From: Pseudoalteromonas translucida KMM 520
Lineage (GTDB): Bacteria; Pseudomonadota; Gammaproteobacteria; Enterobacterales; Alteromonadaceae
Reading direction: 5' to 3'
Assembly: GCF_001465295.1 (NCBI RefSeq)
Contig: NZ_CP011034.1
Location: 30,001 to 62,000, forward strand
Length of the DNA: 32,000 nt
In this document: piece after piece, positions 14,128-20,973 of the stretch
How the letters are laid out: each line of letters opens with the position of its first letter
Numbering within the stretch: the first letter of the stretch is position 1
The notes under the pieces: model-generated
Told to the model about the DNA's origin: nothing
What the model saw: the letters and a program-made list of their open reading frames with translations, nothing else
The model's database searches: none
Position numbers and translations under genes: made by a program

Positions 14128-14541
14128 ATGGAATTAAATGAACTTTCAATAAAATTAGCTTCTTTTGAAACAGAAGGCGCTAACTTTGAGTCTTTCTTGA
14201 TTGCTAATCCAGGTGAGCAAGATGTATTACAAGTCATTGTTGATGAAAATGATGAGCTTCCAATTTTTGTTACGCAAACACAAGAGCAGTTATTATGCAT
14301 TAGCTACTTGTTTGACGAAGACGAAGTTAAGCAGGAATTACGTAACGAGTTAAACGAAACATTACTACGTTTAAACGTGCCAATTCCATTAAGTGCATTT
14401 GCTAAAATCGATAATAAATACGCGATTTTTGGTGCACTGTCGGTAAATTCATCATTAGATGACATTACCCACGAACTAGTGACATTAGCCGATAATGCTA
14501 TTGATGCACTAGAAGCCGTGACCATGTATTTAAACGATTAG
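14128..14541 (+). CDS. yjfI: YjfI-like protein (DUF2170)
   Basis: 137 aa and acidic. The segments QLLCISYLF and PLSAFAKIDNKYAIFGALS..SSLDDI..EL..L resemble my memory of E. coli YjfI. It lies immediately upstream of a PspA-family gene, as in the E. coli yjfIJK order. Confidence 0.65.
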   Translation: MELNELSIKLASFETEGANFESFLIANPGEQDVLQVIVDENDELPIFVTQTQEQLLCISYLFDEDEVKQELRNELNETLLRLNVPIPLSAFAKIDNKYAIFGALSVNSSLDDITHELVTLADNAIDALEAVTMYLND

Positions 14542-14565
14542 TAGCGATTTAGTGGAGTTAAGATT

Positions 14566-15258
14566 ATGAGTATTTTAAAAAAATTATTTACAGCAGTACG
14601 TGGCGGCGCTCGCGAAGCAGGCGAAGCAATTGTAGATAAAAACGGTATCCGTATTTTTGAGCAAGAAATTGCAGACGCACAAAATGCTTTGCACCGTGCT
14701 AAAAAGAGCCTAACAGAAGTTATGGCGAAAGAAATGCAAACTAAGCGTAAAATTAGCGCTGTAGATGCTTCTATTGCTGAGCATGAAGCTTATGCTGGCC
14801 AAGCGCTGGAGAAAGGTAATGAAGCTTTAGCATTAGAAATTGCAGAAAAAATTGGCGAGTTTGAAGCTGAAAAAGCAGAGAACGAACAAGTATTATCTGG
14901 TTTTAGCAATCACATTGTAGCGCTTAAACAGCAAGTTAAAGAAGCTGAAAAGTCGATTAAAGAAAACCAACGCCAGCTAACTATGGTTAAAACCACAGAA
15001 AGCGTGCAACAAGCTACCATGGCTGTAAACAGCACATTAAACACTAACAGCTCGTCTATGACATCGGCTCGTCAATCGCTTGAGCGTATTAAGCAACGCC
15101 AGCAAGACCGTCAAGATCAGTTAGGTGCAGCTAAAGAGCTAGAAGCCGATGTAAACGGCGACGATTTAAAAGCGAAAATGGCAGAAGCCGGAATTGGTGA
15201 CAGTAGTCCAAAAAGTGCTGATATTTTAGCGCGTATTAAAGCCAAGCAAAATAGCTAA
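14566..15258 (+). CDS. yjfJ: PspA/IM30 family protein (YjfJ type)
   Basis: 230 aa. The opening MSILKKLFTAVRGGAREAGEAIVD..GIRIFEQEIADA, the long coiled-coil body and the C-terminal DLKAKMAEAGIG..S..ADILARIKAKQ parallel E. coli YjfJ. GGAG SD upstream of ATG 14566. Confidence 0.85.
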   Translation: MSILKKLFTAVRGGAREAGEAIVDKNGIRIFEQEIADAQNALHRAKKSLTEVMAKEMQTKRKISAVDASIAEHEAYAGQALEKGNEALALEIAEKIGEFEAEKAENEQVLSGFSNHIVALKQQVKEAEKSIKENQRQLTMVKTTESVQQATMAVNSTLNTNSSSMTSARQSLERIKQRQQDRQDQLGAAKELEADVNGDDLKAKMAEAGIGDSSPKSADILARIKAKQNS

Positions 15259-15276
15259 TAATTACGTTCATATTTT

Positions 15277-15313
15277 AAAAAGGTAACCAGGCTTTAGCTT
15301 AGTTACCTTTTTT
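15277..15313 (+). terminator. Rho-independent terminator/attenuator between the PspA-like and YjfK-like genes
   Basis: AAAA-AGGTAAC-(14-nt loop)-GTTACCT-TTTTT, 19 nt after the yjfJ-like stop. Confidence 0.6.
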
Positions 15314-15333
15314 GCTTAGAAGGCAGCCTTCCT

Positions 15334-15972
15334 ATGTTTAATTTTTTCAAATCTAAAAAAGAGCCAGAGCGTCAGCTTAATCATGCCAGTGAGCTTAAAA
15401 AAGGTGACATGTTTACCGTCATCGATTCATTTGCTTATCCTGCGTGGTTAAAAGGGCAAACTCTTCGCGTTATTGATATACAAACTTATCAGTATCAACA
15501 CAGTAGTGATACTGAGTTTGTGTTGGAAAGTGACAGCGGCCAAGTGGTATTTTTACAAATAGAGCAAGAAGATGGCGAGCAATGGGCTAACTTTTCTATA
15601 AAAGTACAACGTGATGAAGTAGAAGATATATTTGGCCTTGATCAGTTTGCGCGTATTTTTGATGAAGAGTCGTTAACGCATATCACAGTGCAAAATATAC
15701 CAGAGCGTTTTACGCAGTTTTTAGCTAACAGCTATCAGCAAAGCGAATCGCCATTTGTGTGTTATTTTCATAATAAAGACTATCGCAATCAAGCTCTTCC
15801 ACGTTATGAGCAAGAAGGTGGTGAGCTGTGTGAAATGATTTGTTTAGAGTCTGATGATAAAGGCTTTGGTTTAAATATTGAGATTTGGGATGGTGGCGAA
15901 ACCGAAGTCTCGCTTACCTTAACGCGACCAATTACCGACATTGTTGACTTGTTTCCAGGAGACGCTAAGTGA
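15334..15972 (+). CDS. yjfK: YjfK-like protein (DUF2491/DUF4178-type)
   Basis: 212 aa. The N-terminal LKKGDMF..ID...Y....L.G..L.V.DIQTY.Y.....EFVLESDSGQVVFLQIEQEDGEQW pattern resembles the beta-rich domain found next to PspA/DUF350 genes. Its position after yjfJ matches E. coli. The family call comes from memory and synteny only. Confidence 0.55.
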   Translation: MFNFFKSKKEPERQLNHASELKKGDMFTVIDSFAYPAWLKGQTLRVIDIQTYQYQHSSDTEFVLESDSGQVVFLQIEQEDGEQWANFSIKVQRDEVEDIFGLDQFARIFDEESLTHITVQNIPERFTQFLANSYQQSESPFVCYFHNKDYRNQALPRYEQEGGELCEMICLESDDKGFGLNIEIWDGGETEVSLTLTRPITDIVDLFPGDAK

Positions 15973-16289
15973 GTGATGCTAAAGAAAAGTGGTTACGCCA
16001 AGAGCAGGCAGTGCGTGCCACGCAAATGGCATTTGATCTAAGTAGCGAAGTACAAAAGTCGATAAAAAAGCAAGCGATTGATCAAGAACTAACACCCTCA
16101 GATATGATACGCAAAATACTTGGTTTAGATGTAAAGTCGAAAAAAACCCGACAGCGTTTATCGTTTAATTTAAACGACGATGAAATAGCACAGCTTGCAA
16201 GCCGTTTTGATGTACAAAGTGACGACAAGCGCGTAGTAAAGCAACGTGTTGCAGAACTTTTGATTGCTCATACAAAAAAAATTAAGTAG
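15969..16289 (+). CDS. Small basic protein with two ribbon-helix-helix-like units (putative DNA-binding)
   Basis: 106 aa with a GTG start overlapping the yjfK-like stop (GTGA) and AGGAG 7-8 nt upstream. Two segments have a beta-strand/helix/helix pattern: MAFDLSSEVQKSIKKQAIDQELTPSDMIRKILGL and RLSFNLNDDEIAQLASRFDVQSDDKRVVKQRVAELL. The fold assignment is inference. Confidence 0.6.
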   Translation: MSDAKEKWLRQEQAVRATQMAFDLSSEVQKSIKKQAIDQELTPSDMIRKILGLDVKSKKTRQRLSFNLNDDEIAQLASRFDVQSDDKRVVKQRVAELLIAHTKKIK

Positions 16290-16344
16290 TTTTATGTTAT
16301 AGACGCTATGCCCTTAAACTAAAACGATAAAATAACGAGTTGCC

Positions 16345-16530
16345 GTGAATATAATTTTAATTGCTTACTTACTAATTTTTGCATTATTTGGTACTGCGGC
16401 AAGCTACTTTGTGCGTTTTATTTATGCGTATTGGGTGCTTAATAAAATGCCAATGCACTATATTATTAAGGCGGGGATTTGTTTAGTAATGGTGGTAATT
16501 ATTTCAGCGTTAATCCCATATTTAGGATAA
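16345..16530 (+). CDS. Hypothetical small two-TM membrane protein
   Basis: 61 aa with two hydrophobic helices. GTG start with a weak SD. The last codons lie inside a hairpin. Coding status is uncertain. Confidence 0.35.
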   Translation: MNIILIAYLLIFALFGTAASYFVRFIYAYWVLNKMPMHYIIKAGICLVMVVIISALIPYLG

Positions 16531-16539
16531 CGCTGAAAT
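16501..16539. terminator. 12-bp-stem hairpin between convergent genes (possible bidirectional terminator)
   Basis: ATTTCAGCGTTA-(15 nt)-TAACGCTGAAAT. On the plus strand it is followed by TAAATTGTTTG. It lies 17 nt beyond the stop of the minus-strand lipoprotein gene. Confidence 0.4.
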
Positions 16540-16555
16540 TAAATTGTTTGCAGCA

Positions 16556-16960
16556 TTATTTTATTTCAAAAGGTTGGCATTGCTGATTAATACACAGTGA
16601 TTGTACTTCAAGCACTGATGGGCAGTCAGTTAAGCCTTGTGCCTTATTTAGCGTGTTTTCTTGTGCTGTTATTTGCTGTGCAATCTGCTCAGCTTGTTCT
16701 TGTTGGGTATTAAGTGTTGAGTACACAGCATACTTACTTGGTCCACCGCACGCACGCGCACCTACTTCAAGCACTTTACATTGAAAGCTAGCTGTACAGC
16801 TATTGTTACTAACAATATCGTTAAGTTGACTATTAAGACTCGCTAAACTCGTTCCGTGATCATTGCTTGACGATGTTGTGCTAGCACAGCCGCTCAGTAA
16901 CAAAATACTAGTAGCAATACTTACAACTGATAGTTTAATTGCTGATGGCAAACAACTCAT
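16556..16960 (-). CDS. 6-Cys lipoprotein, paralogue B (uncharacterised family)
   Basis: Start chosen at ATG 16960 (MSCLPS...) with AAGGA SD. Lipobox LLLSGC. The C-terminal domain C-x5-QC-x8-RACGGPSKYAVYST...C...C-x4-C is shared with the upstream gene. Confidence 0.8.
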   Translation of the reverse strand: MSCLPSAIKLSVVSIATSILLLSGCASTTSSSNDHGTSLASLNSQLNDIVSNNSCTASFQCKVLEVGARACGGPSKYAVYSTLNTQQEQAEQIAQQITAQENTLNKAQGLTDCPSVLEVQSLCINQQCQPFEIK

Positions 16961-16970
16961 AACCTTATCC

Positions 16971-17483
16971 TTAAAATACACTTACTGCTGAGCCTTCAAG
17001 TTTAACACATTTATTTTCTACACACTGCGTGCTTGGCGCAGTTAAATGCTGGCAAATACTGACCATTTGATTTTGTGCATTATAGTTACTTTCAAAGGTA
17101 GTGATTTTTTTACTTAATGCAGTGACTTGCTCAGTTGTTGCTGTTGTCGTTGAATACACTACATAACTACTTGGGCCGCCACATGCTCGGCTACCTACAG
17201 CTTCTACTTGGCACTGCGTACTGCTATCACATTGTTTATTAGCAATGAGCGTATTTAATTCATTTTTAGCTGCTTTAATGTCATCAAGAGTAACTGCTTT
17301 CATGGCAGTATTTGATAGTTTTTCGGCTGGGGTATGTAATTCTGCTTTGTTACTTTTTTGCAGTTGTTGCTGCGATGGCGCTGTTGTTTCGCTGGCAGTT
17401 GTTTTTTCTGTTTCTGCTACGGGGTTATCTAAACAAGCGGTTAAACACAGTGGTAAAAATATAGCTAGCAATGTAGTACGCAT
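16971..17483 (-). CDS. 6-Cys lipoprotein, paralogue A (uncharacterised family)
   Basis: Start chosen at ATG 17483 (MRTTLLAIFLPLCLTAC, lipobox LTAC) with AGGA SD, not the track's longer ORF reaching 17567. The domain is C-x5-QC-x8-RACGGPSSYVVYST...C...C-x4-C. There is a 10-nt gap to paralogue B. Confidence 0.8.
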   Translation of the reverse strand: MRTTLLAIFLPLCLTACLDNPVAETEKTTASETTAPSQQQLQKSNKAELHTPAEKLSNTAMKAVTLDDIKAAKNELNTLIANKQCDSSTQCQVEAVGSRACGGPSSYVVYSTTTATTEQVTALSKKITTFESNYNAQNQMVSICQHLTAPSTQCVENKCVKLEGSAVSVF

Positions 17484-17596
17484 AACAAATCCTGATAGTG
17501 GTGAATTATTCACCACTATCATACACTGTGCATTTGTTACGGCAATAAAAACTCTATTATCAAGCAATTAAAGCCGTTATTAATTACTGTGAATAT

Positions 17597-18973
17597 TTAC
17601 AGCCCGCCTTGGGTTAACTTGCTGGGATTGAGTAGCTTTTCGAGCTCGCTGCGCGATAATTCGGTTTCTTGCTCGGCAACATCAATAATTGGGCGAGCTT
17701 CTTTATATGCTTGTTTCGCTATTTTAGCTGCTTTCTCATAACCGATCACCGGATTTAGCGCGGTTACTAAAATAGGGTTTTTAGCCAATGCCTTATCAAT
17801 ATTTAGCTGATTTACTGTAAAGCTAGCAATGGCTTTATCTCCCAGCGCTTGGGCGCTATTGGCGAGTAACTCTATACTTTGTAAAATATTATAAGCAATT
17901 ACCGGCAGCATTACATTTAGCTCAAAATTACCTGCTTGGCCGGCAACGGTAATTGTAGCGTCGTTACCAATTACTTGGGCGCTCACCATAGCTGCTGCTT
18001 CGGGGATCACAGGGTTTACTTTGCCGGGCATAATAGATGATCCGGGTTGCAGTGCTTCAAGCTCTATTTCACCTAAACCCGCTAATGGACCAGAGTTCAT
18101 CCAGCGCAAGTCGTTGGCTATTTTCATTTGCGCTACAGCAAGTACTTTTAATTGCCCTGAAAGCGCGACAATGGCATCTTGCGAACCAATATTGTAAAAA
18201 AAGTTACTGCTAGGAGTAAATCGAATCCCTACGTTGGCACTGAGATTTTTAGCAAATAGCGGTGCAAATTGTGGATCGGCATTAATACCTGTTCCTACAG
18301 CGGTGCCACCTTGTGCTAGTTCGCAAACACGCTCTAGGCTATGCCTTATGCCAGCTGCAGCATGGTTAATTTGCGTTTGCCAGGCACTTAAAGTTTGCCC
18401 AAAAGTAACCGGCATAGCATCCATTAAATGAGTACGGCCTGTTTTTACTATCGCGCCAACTTCGGCTTTTTTATGTTCTAAATGCTGTGATAGTTTTTCT
18501 AGTGAAGGCAGTAATTCGTATACCACATTTATTGCGCTGCTCAGGGCAATGGCAGTAGGGATCACATCGTTAGAGCTTTGCCCCATGTTTACATCATCAT
18601 TAGGATGAATACTTTCATCACCTAGCCGGCTTGCTAAAGTGGCAATCACTTCATTGGCATTCATATTTGAGCTCGTACCCGAGCCAGTTTGAAATATATC
18701 GACCGGGAAATGCTCATAATGGCTACCATCAATAATTTCTTGGCATGCTTGCTCTATTGCTTTAGCTTTAGTTTTACTTAGGTGCCCAAGCTCAAAGTTG
18801 CTCTGCGCTGCAGCTTGTTTAATGTAAGCAAGGGCGGTTATAAACTGCTTAGGCATAGCTAAACCACTGATGGCAAAATTATTCACAGCGCGCTGAGTTT
18901 GCGCTTGATATAGTGCATTAGCAGGGACTTGTAGCTCGCCCATGCTGTCTGATTCTGTTCTAAACTGAGTCAT
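17597..18973 (-). CDS. fumC: Class II fumarate hydratase
   Basis: 458 aa from ATG 18973, with GAGGA 8 nt upstream. FumC-type motifs are present: GSGTSSNMN, HPNDDVNxxQSSND, GRTHLMDA, GGTAVGTG, KIANDLRW, GSSIMPGKVNP, GNFELNV, LVTALNPxIGYEKAA. Confidence 0.9.
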   Translation of the reverse strand: MTQFRTESDSMGELQVPANALYQAQTQRAVNNFAISGLAMPKQFITALAYIKQAAAQSNFELGHLSKTKAKAIEQACQEIIDGSHYEHFPVDIFQTGSGTSSNMNANEVIATLASRLGDESIHPNDDVNMGQSSNDVIPTAIALSSAINVVYELLPSLEKLSQHLEHKKAEVGAIVKTGRTHLMDAMPVTFGQTLSAWQTQINHAAAGIRHSLERVCELAQGGTAVGTGINADPQFAPLFAKNLSANVGIRFTPSSNFFYNIGSQDAIVALSGQLKVLAVAQMKIANDLRWMNSGPLAGLGEIELEALQPGSSIMPGKVNPVIPEAAAMVSAQVIGNDATITVAGQAGNFELNVMLPVIAYNILQSIELLANSAQALGDKAIASFTVNQLNIDKALAKNPILVTALNPVIGYEKAAKIAKQAYKEARPIIDVAEQETELSRSELEKLLNPSKLTQGGL

Positions 18974-19103
18974 AATATTTTTCCTCAAAAGGATTAAACC
19001 AGCGGCTGAGAATGCTAATTACGCACTCGCTTGGTAATTATTTATTGTAAGTAAACCTTGTACTCTATCTGTAGGCTGGCGTGGTAAATTACAAGGGGTA
19101 TTT

Positions 19104-19122
19104 GATAATAATTATCATTACA
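19104..19122. promoter_or_regulatory. Fur-box-like site in the fumC / DUF938 divergent intergenic region
   Basis: GATAATAATTATCATTACA matches the 19-bp Fur consensus GATAATGATAATCATTATC at 15 of 19 positions. It lies 131 nt upstream of the fumC ATG. Confidence 0.55.
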
Positions 19123-19264
19123 TCTTTGACTGCGTGTTTCAATGTAAAGAGCAATTATAAAAGTATAGATTAATTAACTGGCTTTAAAGCGTACATTAGC
19201 GCACGACAAAATACGCTAAATTTGCTTTACTGTTGCGCATCAGTATTTAACCTTGAGAGTAAAA

Positions 19265-19855
19265 ATGATTAAGCCATTCTCACAAGCGTGTGAAAATAAT
19301 AAACAGCCTATTTTAGCGCAGTTAAAATCTGTGTTAGCGAATGCCAAAACGGTGCTCGAAGTAGGCTCAGGTACAGGTCAGCACAGCGTGTATTTTGCTC
19401 AGCAGTTGCCGCATTTACAATGGTATAGCAGCGACAGAGCGATTAATCATGAGGGTATTAATTTATGGCACCGCGAGGTTAATTTAACCAATTTACATGC
19501 TCCCCTTGAACTTGACTTAAACAATGCGTGGCCAATTGATAAAGTGGATGCTATTTACACGGCTAATACTTTTCATATTGTAAGCTGGCAACTAGTAGAG
19601 CATTTTTTTGCGGGTGTAAAACAGCATTTAAATGACCAAGGCATAGTATGCATTTACGGGCCATTTAAATATAAAGGCGAGTTTACTAGCCAAAGTAATA
19701 ATGACTTTAATCGCTTTTTAATAGAGCGCGACCCACTTAGTGGTATTAGAGATTTTGCAGCAGTTGAGCTATTAGCAAAGCAAGCAGGGCTAACGTTACT
19801 AAGTGATATAGCCATGCCTGCTAATAATCAGTTACTGATTTTTAAACGGCAGTAA
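19265..19855 (+). CDS. DUF938-type class I SAM-dependent methyltransferase-like protein
   Basis: 196 aa from ATG 19265. The FSQACENNKQPIL opening and VLEVGSGTGQH (motif I) fit DUF938 proteins. The 3' end overlaps the convergent gene by 24 nt. Confidence 0.75.
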   Translation: MIKPFSQACENNKQPILAQLKSVLANAKTVLEVGSGTGQHSVYFAQQLPHLQWYSSDRAINHEGINLWHREVNLTNLHAPLELDLNNAWPIDKVDAIYTANTFHIVSWQLVEHFFAGVKQHLNDQGIVCIYGPFKYKGEFTSQSNNDFNRFLIERDPLSGIRDFAAVELLAKQAGLTLLSDIAMPANNQLLIFKRQ

Positions 19856-20971
19856 TGCGCTGCATTGATCTTTATAAATATTAATATGCTGGCGTTCACG
19901 TTTTAAGTAATCGTTAATTGCGTTGCTAAAGTCGTTATCAATTATATGGTGAGCTGAGTAGGTTAATACTGGGGCAAAACCGCGTGCTATTTTATGCTCA
20001 CCTTGTGCCCCTGAATGAAAACAGCTGAGGTTATGCTTTATTGCAAACTCAATCCCTTGGTAATAGCATAGCTCAAAGTGCAGTGAATCTACCTCTTCGC
20101 TTGCCCCCCAATACCGCCCGTACAGTGTATCTTCTCCTATTAGGCTAAGGGTTGCGGCAATAATAGCGTCCTCTTTTTTGGCTAGCATAATGACTAGCTT
20201 TTCGGCCATTAGCGCATGTAAAAGCTTAAAAAAGGGCATGTTTAAATAGCCTAAGTGGCCAGAGCGTTTTAAATAAGTACGTTGATAGAATTCGCAAAAT
20301 AGCTGCATAATTTCAGGCGTAATTTGCGTCCCTTGCAGCCATTCAATAGTAATGTTTTGTTGAGTTATTTTGCTACGTTCTTTTTTTAGTGATTTGCGCT
20401 TACGAGAATTAAGCGTATCTAAAAAATCGTCAAAGCATGTAAAGCCTTTATTAAACCACTGAAATTGCACACCCACTCTAAGCATAGCGTGCTGCAGTGT
20501 GAGCTGTGTTGCTTGGGCTAAGTTGCAAAAATTAACGTGCCAGCCAGACCAGCCTTGCTCTTTGCTGTGCAGGTTTAGTAACTCTGTGATGTATTCATAC
20601 ACTAAGCTAGGGTTACTATGCTCTATAGCAATACGGCTACCTTCAATAGGGCAAAATGGCACACCGCATAGCCATTTAGGATAGTACTCTAAGCCATGTT
20701 TCTCGTATGCTTCTGCCCAGGCCCAATCAAACACATATTCACCGTAAGAGTGGCTTTTTAAATAGCCCGGTGCCAGCGCAATAATATTTTCGCCCTCAAA
20801 AATAGCTAAGTGATAAGGCTGCCAACCACTTTGTTGAGTAACACACTGACTTTGCTCTAATGCGTATAAAAAAGCATGTTGGGTAAATGGCTCGTCGCCA
20901 AACAAGCGTTGCCATTGCGCTCGCTCTATTTGATTAATACTACTAAACCATTGATGCGAAAATGTCGCCAT
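19832..20971 (-). CDS. FemAB-like / BioF2-like GNAT-fold N-acyltransferase (DUF482 family)
   Basis: 379 aa. The N-terminal W..L......F..H.FL.ALE.S..V....GW.P.HL pattern and overall length match my memory of the family usually annotated as 'peptidoglycan biosynthesis/recognition' GNAT. There is a 2-nt gap after the hydrolase gene. Confidence 0.7.
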   Translation of the reverse strand: MATFSHQWFSSINQIERAQWQRLFGDEPFTQHAFLYALEQSQCVTQQSGWQPYHLAIFEGENIIALAPGYLKSHSYGEYVFDWAWAEAYEKHGLEYYPKWLCGVPFCPIEGSRIAIEHSNPSLVYEYITELLNLHSKEQGWSGWHVNFCNLAQATQLTLQHAMLRVGVQFQWFNKGFTCFDDFLDTLNSRKRKSLKKERSKITQQNITIEWLQGTQITPEIMQLFCEFYQRTYLKRSGHLGYLNMPFFKLLHALMAEKLVIMLAKKEDAIIAATLSLIGEDTLYGRYWGASEEVDSLHFELCYYQGIEFAIKHNLSCFHSGAQGEHKIARGFAPVLTYSAHHIIDNDFSNAINDYLKRERQHINIYKDQCSALLPFKNQ

Positions 20972-20973
20972 TA

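Noticed and set aside
17597-18988. Aspartate ammonia-lyase (AspA) as an alternative call for the fumarase-family gene, prompted by the AspA-like KVNPVIPE after the SS-loop.
   Set aside because: All other diagnostic blocks follow FumC rather than AspA: HPNDDVN..QSSND, GRTH, GGTAVGTG, ANDLRW, GNFELNV and LVTALNP.IGYEKAA.
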